From NCBI GenBank assembly GCA_028874365.1, contig JAPPJZ010000062.1, forward strand, positions 52,611 to 116,610: a stretch of DNA of 64,000 nt. Reading direction: 5' to 3'. This document shows, in pieces, positions 57,501 through 64,000 of this stretch. The notes beneath the pieces were generated by a model. That model was not told the origin of the DNA. It did no database searches and worked only from the letters and a program-made list of their open reading frames with translations. Source of the DNA: Chloroflexota bacterium (GTDB lineage: Bacteria > Chloroflexota > Dehalococcoidia > Bin125). How positions within the stretch are numbered: position 1 is the stretch's first letter; each line of letters starts with the position of its first letter. Both the position numbers and the translations under genes were made by a program.

Positions 57501-57993
57501 GGTGCTGAGCCTGATGGACTGCCCGGGGATGATGGTCGGGCCGGACGTAGAGGCGACGGCGCTCGTGCGGCACTGCGCGAGAATGTTCAACACCGGGGCC
57601 AACCTTAGCGTGCCGTTGTTCGGCGTGGTCGTGCGCAAGGCCTACGGACTCGGGGTGCAGGCGATGTGCGGCGCGAGCGCACTGGTCGGATTCTTCACCG
57701 TGGCCTGGCCGACGGCGGAGTTCGCCGGGATGAACCTTGAAGGCTCGGTCAAGTTGGGCTACCGCAAGGAGCTGATCGCGATCGAGGACCCCGACGAGCG
57801 GATTGAGACCTACGAGAACATGGTCAACCGGGCCTACGAGAACGCCAAGGCGGTCAACGCAGCGGCGGGCGGCGGCCTGGACGATGTTATCGATCCGGCG
57901 GAGACGAGAACGTGGGTTGTCAACGGTCTCAAGCGTCTACCACCGACGCCTGAGCGACGGGGGAAGAAGCGGCCGTATATCGATACGTGGTAG
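54571..57993 (+). CDS. single-chain biotin-dependent acyl-CoA carboxylase (biotin carboxylase + BCCP + carboxyltransferase)
   Basis: N-terminal ATP-grasp BC; biotinyl-Lys motif EAMKMEH; C-terminal crotonase-fold CT domain; 1140 aa. Confidence 0.85.
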   Translation: MAVSVSVSPVSKLLITNRAEIAIRVARAASDLGIETVAVYSTDDAKSLHVHSADEAVELDGLGVPAYLNIDGLIEAARSTGCDAVHPGYGFLAESAEFARACRDAGITFVGPTPHLLDLFGDKVRARQAAREAGVAVIEGSDEAVTLAEALEFFESLGDDAAIMVKAVAGGGGRGSRAVTQIEDLEAAWERCVSEAQMSFGSGALYVEQLIPRARHIEVQVIGDLHGGVGHLWERECSVQRRFQKIVEIAPAPHLASSTREEIVEAAVRIARDVGYSSLGTFEFLLDASEGSNDRFYFLEANARLQVEHTVTEQVTGVDLVQSQLRAARGATIAELGLDDASWLRPRGFAIQTRVNMETLTADGSVRPASGTLKAYEAPSGPGVRTDGFGYVGYQTSTAFDSLLAKVIAHSPTPKLEDALTRSLRALSEFRIEGVASNIPFLTNVLEHADLAEGRVHTRWVDEQMAELAASNGAQRVRYLSTEAPAADTGFAGARVDSRDPLALFEHDQRVKQEQSIQVVEEDAPDLTGPEGSIGLPAPIQGTIVSIMVEEGQEVRRGQDLVAMEAMKMEHVIQADRDGIVKGIACSVGDVIREGFPLVFILEAEVSVEALGGGELIDPDFIRPDLQENYDRHAYTLDENRPVAVGKRRGRGYRMPRENIEQLVDPGSFQEYWPLIVARQHQRNTDEQLRENTPADGLLAGTATINGDLFDDERDARAIVVHYDYTVLAGTQGGRNHYKQDRMFEMARRFNFPIVFYTEGGGGRPGDDRTGPGVAFDTYTFTQFSKLSGLVPLVGVTNGRCFAGNTALLACCDVIIATEGSTVAMGGPAMIEGGGLGIYTPEEVGPMSFQVPNGVVDILCRDEEEATEVAKQYLSYFQGPTKEWTAPDQRRLRHIVPENRLRLYDMKEIIETIADEGSVLEIREKFGIGIITALIRVEGYPIGVIANNPHHLAGAIDSDGSDKGARFLQLCDAFDIPVLSLMDCPGMMVGPDVEATALVRHCARMFNTGANLSVPLFGVVVRKAYGLGVQAMCGASALVGFFTVAWPTAEFAGMNLEGSVKLGYRKELIAIEDPDERIETYENMVNRAYENAKAVNAAAGGGLDDVIDPAETRTWVVNGLKRLPPTPERRGKKRPYIDTW

Positions 57994-58019
57994 GTCGAGT
58001 GTCGAAGCAAGGGTTTGGG

Positions 58020-58096
58020 TGGCGACCCCGAGCGGATTCGAACCGCCGATCTCCACCTTGACAGGGTGGCGTGTTAGGCCGCTACACCACGGGGCC
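58020..58096 (-). tRNA. tRNA-Asp (anticodon GTC), CCA encoded
   Basis: Hand-folded cloverleaf: acceptor GGCCCCG/CGGGGTC, anticodon stem CCACC/GGTGG with loop CTGTCAA, T-loop TTCGAAT. Confidence 0.85.
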
Positions 58097-58171
58097 GTTG
58101 GGCTAGCTTACGCGGACTGGTGATGATCGGCAACAGCGCGTAACGTGTAAGCGGAGCGTCGGAGATTGCAG

Positions 58172-58549
58172 ATGGCACGCGGTTCACGACGAGGACGGGG
58201 TGGCTCGAACCGGGCTCAGCGAGCGGCGCGGCCGCAAGGTCGGCGCGGACAACGGGGTCGCGAGGACCGGCTGCCGACGGCCCAGGCGGGGGCCGCGAAT
58301 GCGCCCGCAGGCGCGTCGATCAGCGGCAACATCCAACAACCGACGCGGATGGGTCCACGAGGCGGACGGGCGCCCGGAGGCCCACGGGGCGGGGCGGGGG
58401 GAGCGGTCGAACGTCGAGACCGCCGGGCCCGTGCGGCGGCGGCGATGCACGACTTCCACTACGTGCCCGGCGACCTTCGCTGGGTTGCCATCACGACGGT
58501 GGCGAGCGTTGTGCTGGTGCTCGCGCTGTGGGCGGCGATCACGCTGTAG
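58172..58549 (+). CDS. hypothetical Arg/Gly-rich protein with C-terminal TM helix
   Basis: GGAG SD; high GC3; could be spurious. Confidence 0.3.
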   Translation: MARGSRRGRGGSNRAQRAARPQGRRGQRGREDRLPTAQAGAANAPAGASISGNIQQPTRMGPRGGRAPGGPRGGAGGAVERRDRRARAAAAMHDFHYVPGDLRWVAITTVASVVLVLALWAAITL

Positions 58550-58602
58550 CGGCGAGCAGGCTCGCTTCTCTGAGCAGACCCGTGTCTGCATGCTGGTCGA
58601 GA

Positions 58603-58646
58603 TGCCCCCCTCTGCCTGCGGCATCTCCCCCCGCGGAGCGGGGGGA
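58603..58646. repeat. family-A repeat, inverted orientation, partial
   Basis: gcccccctctgcctgcggcatctccccccgcggagcggggggag. Confidence 0.6.
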
Positions 58647-58700
58647 GAAAAAATCCGAAGAGCTTAGGCTGAGGCCCCCACGAGGGTGTCGGCGGCCTAT

Positions 58701-59159
58701 CTATGCCTCGGTGGGTGGATCGACGAGGGCGAACGTTAAGCGGCCCTCGGCGGCGGTTTGGCCTTCGATGGTTGCGGTTGCGGCGGCTCGGCCGATGCCC
58801 CGGCGGAGGCGTTCCATTTCGACTTCGAGCCTGAGTTGATCGCCGGGGACGACCTGGCGACGAAAGCGGACGCCGTCGATGCCAGCGAACAGTCCGAGTT
58901 TGCCTGCGAACTCGTCCGCCGACAGTGCTGCGACTGCGCCGGTTTGAGCGAGGGCCTCGACGATCAATACGCCGGGCATGATTGGATTGCCGGGGAAGTG
59001 TCCCTCGAAGAACCACTCGTTAGTTGAGACGTTTTTCACTCCTACGGCGCGTCGGCCGGGCTCGAGTTCGACGATGCGGTCGACCAGCAGGATGGGGAAT
59101 CGGTGGGGGATGATTCGTTGGATCGCTCGCACGTCAAGCGGAAGTTGCAGGTCGGTCAT
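58701..59159 (-). CDS. fabZ: 3-hydroxyacyl-ACP dehydratase
   Basis: Hot-dog fold with [12 protein letters not shown] catalytic motif. Confidence 0.85.
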   Translation of the reverse strand: MTDLQLPLDVRAIQRIIPHRFPILLVDRIVELEPGRRAVGVKNVSTNEWFFEGHFPGNPIMPGVLIVEALAQTGAVAALSADEFAGKLGLFAGIDGVRFRRQVVPGDQLRLEVEMERLRRGIGRAAATATIEGQTAAEGRLTFALVDPPTEA

Positions 59160-59992
59160 GGGGAGAGGTCTTTCAGGATCTGCATGATTCGCGTGGCCTG
59201 ATGCTCGGGCATGGGAACCGTACCGGGACCAAGTTCCGACGGATGCAGGCCGTGGAAGTCTGAGCCGACGGTCGCCACGAGACCGAGCCGCTGAGCGAGT
59301 TGTTCACCGTTGGCGATTTCGTCGGGCGTGTCGTTGCGATAGAAGATCTCCAGGCCCCGGCCACCGGCTGCGGCGAATGCCTGGGTCGCGCCGACGGGGT
59401 CGTCGTAGCGGGTGGGGTGAGCGAGCGATGAGAAGCCGCCTGTCCGGTGAATCATGTCGAGCGAATCGGAGAGGCTGAGCAGGGTCCTAGGCACGTAGGC
59501 GGGGCCTCCGTTGTGGAGATAGCGGTCGAAGGCCTCCTGCACAGATTCGACGTGGCCGGCTTCGACCATGGCGCGAGCGACGTGTGGGCGCCCGATGGAG
59601 GCCCGGCCGGCAATGTCCATCACAGATTCGTACTCAACGGGCATTCCCAGCGCATGCAAGCGCTTGACCGTGCGGCGTGCCCTGGACTTGCGTTCCTCCC
59701 GATAGCGGGTGAGCTGTCGCTCGAGTTCGTCGAGCTGCGCAGATGGCGCGAAGTAGCCGAGCACGTGCAGTTCGCCGAGATCGGGATCGCTGACGCTGAT
59801 TTCGACGCCGGCGATGAGGTCGATTCCGGTTTGTCGGGCTGCACCTCGGGCCGCTTTGACGCCTGCCAGGGTGTCGTGGTCGGTCAATGCGATGAGCTCG
59901 ACACCGTTGTCGGCGGCCTGTTGGACGACCCACTCCGGCGGCCTGGTGCCGTCGGAGCACGTGCTGTGCGTGTGCAGGTCGAGGCGGGCCAT
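59156..59992 (-). CDS. PHP-domain phosphoesterase (TrpH/YciV-like)
   Basis: [10 protein letters not shown] and PHP His/Asp clusters; 4-nt overlap with fabZ. Confidence 0.8.
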   Translation of the reverse strand: MARLDLHTHSTCSDGTRPPEWVVQQAADNGVELIALTDHDTLAGVKAARGAARQTGIDLIAGVEISVSDPDLGELHVLGYFAPSAQLDELERQLTRYREERKSRARRTVKRLHALGMPVEYESVMDIAGRASIGRPHVARAMVEAGHVESVQEAFDRYLHNGGPAYVPRTLLSLSDSLDMIHRTGGFSSLAHPTRYDDPVGATQAFAAAGGRGLEIFYRNDTPDEIANGEQLAQRLGLVATVGSDFHGLHPSELGPGTVPMPEHQATRIMQILKDLSP

Positions 59993-60007
59993 CGGCCGCG
60001 TCTGGTT

Positions 60008-61498
60008 CTAGCGCGCGTACTCGGCGGCGCGGGTCTCGCGCAGAACGGTGACACGAATCTGGCCGGGGTACTGCAGCGATTCCTCGATCTGCTTGGAGAT
60101 GTCTCGCGCCAGCCTCATCGCGCCGAGATCGTCGATTTCACGCGGGTCGACGACGACCCGCACCTCACGCCCGGCCTGGATGGCATATGCCTGGCCGACC
60201 CCCTCGAAGGACGTCGCGATCTCTTCCAGCGAGCGCAGCCGTTCGATGTAGCGTTCAACCGACTCACGGCGCGCGCCGGGTCGTCCGCCGGAGATGGCGT
60301 CGGCCATCTGGACGATGATCGCCTCGACGGTGCGCAGTTCGACCTCGTCGTGGTGCGCCTCGATGCAGTGGGCGATTTCCTCGGACATCTTGAAGCGGCG
60401 AGCGAGTTCGCCGCCGATGATCGCGTGGGTGCCCTCGACCTCGTGATCGATGGCTTTGCCGACGTCGTGCAGCAGTGATCCGCGCCGCGTGATCTCGACG
60501 TCGGCGTGGATTTCCTGGGCGATCATCGCGCCGATGTGAGCGGTCTCGACCGCGTGTCGGAGCTGGTTCTGGCCGTAGCTGGTGCGGAAGCGGAGGCGAC
60601 CGAAGATGTCCAGCATCTCGCGTGGCAGTCCGCTGCAGTGCGCTTCGATCGCGGCTTCGTCGCCCGATTCGCGAATGATGCGGTCGACATCCCGCTGGGC
60701 CTTTGCGACCGTTTCTTCGATGCGCGTGGGATGAATTCGGCCGTCGGCGACGAGGCGGCTGAGCGACAGTCGACCGACCTCGCGGCGCACCGGGTCGAAT
60801 CCGGAGACGGTCACGACATCGGGCGTGTCGTCAATGATCAGGTCGCAGCCGAGGGCCGATTCGAGGGCGCGGATGTTGCGGCCCTCGCGGCCGATGATGC
60901 GGCCCTTCATCTCGTCGGAGGGGATCTGCACCACGGAGACGGTGGATTCGGTGGTGACCTCGGACGCGACTCGCTGGATTGCGGTGGCGACGATCTTGCG
61001 GGCTCGGGCCTCGCCCTCGTCCTTGGCCTTTTGCTCGGCTTCGCGCACGAGGCGGCCGGCTTCGTCCGAGACTTCCTGTTCGACCTGTTCGAAGATGACT
61101 GTGCGAGCCTCATCCCTGGTCAGGTTGGAGATTTCCTCGAGGCGGCGGTCATGTTCGGCGGCGCGCTCGTCGAGCTCGGAGCTGCGCCGGTCAAGCTGTT
61201 GGCGCTCGCGGTTCAGCTTGGAATCACGCTGGTCGAGAGACTTGAGCCGCTCGTCCAGCGACGCTTCGCGTCGGTCGAGTCTGTCTACCGCCCGCTGCAG
61301 GTCGTCGCGCGCTCCGCGCACGTCGGCCAGGATCTGGTCTCGTTCGGCTTGCGCCTGCTCCCGCGCTTCCTGTAGCCGCTCACGCGCCTCCTGATCGGCC
61401 CCGTCTCGGGCCTGTTGGATGATGCGTTCGGCTTCTAGCGTGGCCTCGTCGCGTGGATCGGGCCCGCCGCGCAGGAGCCGCATCAGGGCTCCCCACAT
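60008..61498 (-). CDS. rny: ribonuclease Y
   Basis: Coiled coil, KH domain (GREGRNIRALE), HD domain (LLHDVGKAIDHE). Confidence 0.9.
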   Translation of the reverse strand: MWGALMRLLRGGPDPRDEATLEAERIIQQARDGADQEARERLQEAREQAQAERDQILADVRGARDDLQRAVDRLDRREASLDERLKSLDQRDSKLNRERQQLDRRSSELDERAAEHDRRLEEISNLTRDEARTVIFEQVEQEVSDEAGRLVREAEQKAKDEGEARARKIVATAIQRVASEVTTESTVSVVQIPSDEMKGRIIGREGRNIRALESALGCDLIIDDTPDVVTVSGFDPVRREVGRLSLSRLVADGRIHPTRIEETVAKAQRDVDRIIRESGDEAAIEAHCSGLPREMLDIFGRLRFRTSYGQNQLRHAVETAHIGAMIAQEIHADVEITRRGSLLHDVGKAIDHEVEGTHAIIGGELARRFKMSEEIAHCIEAHHDEVELRTVEAIIVQMADAISGGRPGARRESVERYIERLRSLEEIATSFEGVGQAYAIQAGREVRVVVDPREIDDLGAMRLARDISKQIEESLQYPGQIRVTVLRETRAAEYAR

Positions 61499-61655
61499 AG
61501 TGTCCTCGACTCATTGGGACTGGCATCGCGTTGGCTCTGCCTCTGGTCACGGTCGTAATCGCTCTGTTGGCTGGCCGGTTCGGGACCGGGATGAACCGAA
61601 CCGGGTATCTCCTCCACGTAGGGTACGCGCGTTGACAACGCGGCGCCACTGGACG

Positions 61656-62159
61656 TTACGCCAACTCGGACCAGGCGAGGCGTACGGCCTGCTTGGCAGC
61701 ACCCGCGTGGAAACCTCGCATTGTTAGGCGTCGCGCTTGCGCGGGTCCGAATTCGCTCCAGGTCAAGGCAGCGTTGCGACTTTGGGCCAGGCGCAACTTC
61801 TGTCGCGCAATATGCAGAGCGACCGCGAGATCATCCAACTCACCTCGTCGTTCGAGGAGTCCCAGCGTCTCCCTGATGACATCGGAGGCGAGTCCAGCGA
61901 CATTGAGTTTGGCGGCGATCTCGTTGCGGCTGTAGCGCTGCCGGCGGATGAGGCGGCGTGCTTCATGCGTGGCCAGGTCGAACGAAGCCGATTCGCGCAG
62001 CCGATCGACGAAAACGGGATCGATCTCCTGTCCGCGAGAGAAATGCGAGCGGGCGGCGAAATCGCGAGTACAGCGCAGCGACGTGCCGTCGTCGAAGTCA
62101 ACGGTGGAGAGTGCACCGCTGGCGTGGATTGACAGCACCTCGGTCATCGACCGGTCCAA
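61656..62159 (-). CDS. recX: RecA regulator RecX
   Basis: Three-helix repeats; position immediately downstream of recA. Confidence 0.7.
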   Translation of the reverse strand: MDRSMTEVLSIHASGALSTVDFDDGTSLRCTRDFAARSHFSRGQEIDPVFVDRLRESASFDLATHEARRLIRRQRYSRNEIAAKLNVAGLASDVIRETLGLLERRGELDDLAVALHIARQKLRLAQSRNAALTWSEFGPAQARRLTMRGFHAGAAKQAVRLAWSELA

Positions 62160-62177
62160 TCATGCCGCGCGATTGGC

Positions 62178-63392
62178 TCAGCCAGCGCGAGCGCGACCCT
62201 TTTTCTTGGGGGGTGGCTTGGCGATCGGGGTGGCGTCGGGCGTGCCTTCGGCGGGCATCAGTTCAGGGGCCTGGGGCAGCCCGCGTTCCTCGCGGATGCG
62301 GGCTTCGATCTCTTCGGCCACGTCGGAGTGCTCGCGGAGGAAGGCCTTGGTTCGTTCTCGACCCTGACCGAGCCGCGTGTCGCCGTAGGAATAGAAGGTG
62401 CCCTGTTTCTTGATCACCGAAGGGCTGCCTGTGGGCAGGTCGGGCGCGGGCTCGACGCCGAGGTCGATCAGACAGCCGGTCTTGGAGATGCCGTATTCGG
62501 CGGCGGTGAACATGAGATCGAACTCGGCGGTGCGGAAGGGCGGCGCGACCTTGTTCTTGACCACCTTGGCCTTGACGCGCGAACCGATGACCATCTGGCC
62601 ATCTTTGAGGGTTTCGGCGCGGCGCAGCTCGATGCGTACGGAGGAATAGAACTTGAGGGCGCGGCCGCCGGGCGTGGTCTCGGGGTTGCCGAAGACGATG
62701 CCGACCTTCTCGCGCAACTGGTTGATGAAGATCAGGACGGTCCTGGAGCGGGAGACGACGGCGGTGAGCTTGCGCAGCGCCTGGGACATGAGTCGGGCTT
62801 GCGCCCCGACCTGAACGTCTCCCATTTCCCCCTCGATCTCGGCTCGCGGGACAAGCGCAGCGACGGAGTCGACGACGACGACATCGATGGCGTTGCTGCG
62901 CACGAGGGCTTCGGCGATTTCGAGGGCCTGCTCTCCGGTGTCGGGCTGGGCGATGAGCAGCTGAGACGTGTCGATGCCCAGGCGCGAGGCGAACTCGGGG
63001 TCGAGCGCGTGCTCGACATCGACGTAGGCGGCCTGGCCGCCGAGGCGCTGCGCCTCGGCGATGACGTGCTGGGCGACGGTCGACTTGCCGGCGGATTCGG
63101 GACCGTACACCTCGACGATGCGGCCGCGGGGCAGGCCGCCAATCCCGAGGGCGACATCGAGCGAGAGTGCGCCGGTGGGAATTCCGTCGACCGACATTCG
63201 CCCACTCGCGTCGCCAAGGCGCATGAGCGCGCCTTCGCCGAAGCGGCGTTCCATGTCGCCGAGCAGTTCCGTGACCGCGGGAGGAGGTTCGTTGCTGGTG
63301 GTCATGGGCAGAGGTTCTTGTGCGTTGTCGGTGAGCGGGATGGGTTCGAGCAGGTCTGCGCCGTCGGTGGTGTTCGTCGGGTTAGATGTCAT
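62178..63392 (-). CDS. recA: recombinase RecA
   Basis: Walker [11 protein letters not shown]1/L2 loops; start MTSNPT at 63392 (track ORF extends to 63485). Confidence 0.9.
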   Translation of the reverse strand: MTSNPTNTTDGADLLEPIPLTDNAQEPLPMTTSNEPPPAVTELLGDMERRFGEGALMRLGDASGRMSVDGIPTGALSLDVALGIGGLPRGRIVEVYGPESAGKSTVAQHVIAEAQRLGGQAAYVDVEHALDPEFASRLGIDTSQLLIAQPDTGEQALEIAEALVRSNAIDVVVVDSVAALVPRAEIEGEMGDVQVGAQARLMSQALRKLTAVVSRSRTVLIFINQLREKVGIVFGNPETTPGGRALKFYSSVRIELRRAETLKDGQMVIGSRVKAKVVKNKVAPPFRTAEFDLMFTAAEYGISKTGCLIDLGVEPAPDLPTGSPSVIKKQGTFYSYGDTRLGQGRERTKAFLREHSDVAEEIEARIREERGLPQAPELMPAEGTPDATPIAKPPPKKKGRARAG

Positions 63393-63456
63393 AATATGCG
63401 CTGCCTTTCTGACGTTCGCGATGCGATGCAGAGGGGTGCGAACGTGTGTGCTGCGC

Positions 63457-63485
63457 ACACTACCAACGAATGCGGTCAATGTCAA
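63457..63485 (-). promoter_or_regulatory. sigma-70-type recA promoter (TTGACA-17 nt-TAGTGT) with overlapping 15-bp inverted repeat GTGTGC-N3-GCACAC
   Basis: On minus strand: gcTTGACAttgaccgcattcgttggTAGTGTgcgcagcacac; the -10 overlaps the inverted repeat at 63446-63460. Confidence 0.45.
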
Positions 63486-63515
63486 GCAAACGTTCTAGGA
63501 AAGGGTGGAACAGGA

Positions 63516-63782
63516 TCAGCGAGCACTGAGCAGGGCATTGCCGATGATCTGCAGTCCAATCAGCGCGACCAGGGGGGAGAGGTCCATCATTCCGATGACG
63601 AGGTAGCGGCGGAGCGGGGAGAGGATGGGTTCGGTGATGTCGAGCAAGAACTTGACGATCGGGTTGTAGGGGTCGAGCGGGCGGTTGGTGAACATCGGCA
63701 CCCAGCTCATCAGCACGCGGGCGAGCAGGATGAACGAGTAGATGTGGATCACGGTTCCGATGATCGTCAGGACTTCGCTCAT
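63516..63782 (-). CDS. YggT-family membrane protein
   Basis: 88 aa, two TM, YggT pattern. Confidence 0.7.
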   Translation of the reverse strand: MSEVLTIIGTVIHIYSFILLARVLMSWVPMFTNRPLDPYNPIVKFLLDITEPILSPLRRYLVIGMMDLSPLVALIGLQIIGNALLSAR

Positions 63783-64000
63783 TGTCGCCCCAGTTCCTCA
63801 GCACGTTGGTGGGCCGCGGCGACGGCTTCGATGATGGCGCCGCGTACGCCGTGTTGCTCGAGCACCCGCAGGCCGGCCGCCGTGGTGCCGCCCGGCGAGG
63901 TGACCATGTCCTTCAAGACGGCCGGATGCATTCCCGATTGCGAGGTGAACTCTGTGGAGCCGATGATGGTCTGGAGGACCATCGTCCGAGCTTCGTCGGG
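63779..64000 (-). CDS. proC: pyrroline-5-carboxylate reductase, C-terminal part (N-terminus outside window)
   Basis: C-terminal P5CR dimerisation-domain motif VTSPGGTTAAGL. Confidence 0.7.
   Translation of the reverse strand, partial: PDEARTMVLQTIIGSTEFTSQSGMHPAVLKDMVTSPGGTTAAGLRVLEQHGVRGAIIEAVAAAHQRAEELGRQ

Noticed and set aside
58000-58200. Genomic island integrated at tRNA-Asp
   Set aside because: No integrase, no repeated tRNA 3' segment, flanking genes are housekeeping (acyl-CoA carboxylase, fabZ).
63392-63500. Canonical Cheo-box (CGAACnnnnGTTCG) LexA site at recA
   Set aside because: Half-sites occur in reversed order with ~20-nt spacing; reported instead as a non-canonical candidate operator.

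Overview
This is a 64-kb chromosomal window from a high-GC (about 68%) bacterium. The Bacillus-like recA-recX-rny-PHP synteny, the monoderm-type lipobox proteins and the domain repertoire suggest a Terrabacteria lineage, possibly Chloroflexota or Thermomicrobia-like; that assignment is low confidence. Gene density is high and I find no transposase, integrase, phage or CRISPR genes.

Content, left to right:
- A truncated BtuF-type binding protein sits divergent from a ZnuC-like ABC ATPase.
- A CBS-domain ClC channel lies near a crcB-(DUF309-dUTPase) operon.
- Two tandem ~1100-aa double-FtsX permeases have no adjacent ATPase.
- A flavin-dependent halogenase is followed by MOSC, GNAT and class-III aminotransferase genes.
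- A STAS protein sits next to a membrane PP2C-RsbW-kinase fusion.
- mutY overlaps a small ORF that follows a HEPN/MNT pair.
- A DUF1800/DUF1501 pair is present.
- An approximately 8.6-kb catabolic island (enolase-superfamily, three serine/alpha-beta hydrolases, thiolase+DUF35, MFS) is bracketed by two convergent paralogous ~100-aa ORFs.
- A didomain family-III CoA-transferase is followed by a single-chain 1140-aa biotin carboxylase.
- tRNA-Asp(GTC) is encoded on the minus strand near 58.0 kb.
- The fabZ, PHP, rny, recX, recA, yggT and proC locus closes the window.

The most unusual property is a dense population (at least 16 copies) of GC-rich nested-hairpin repeats, which fall into three related families. 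They occupy almost every intergenic spacer between 18 kb and 23 kb and many others. Two 52-bp copies are identical, and one copy lies in frame inside a small ORF.
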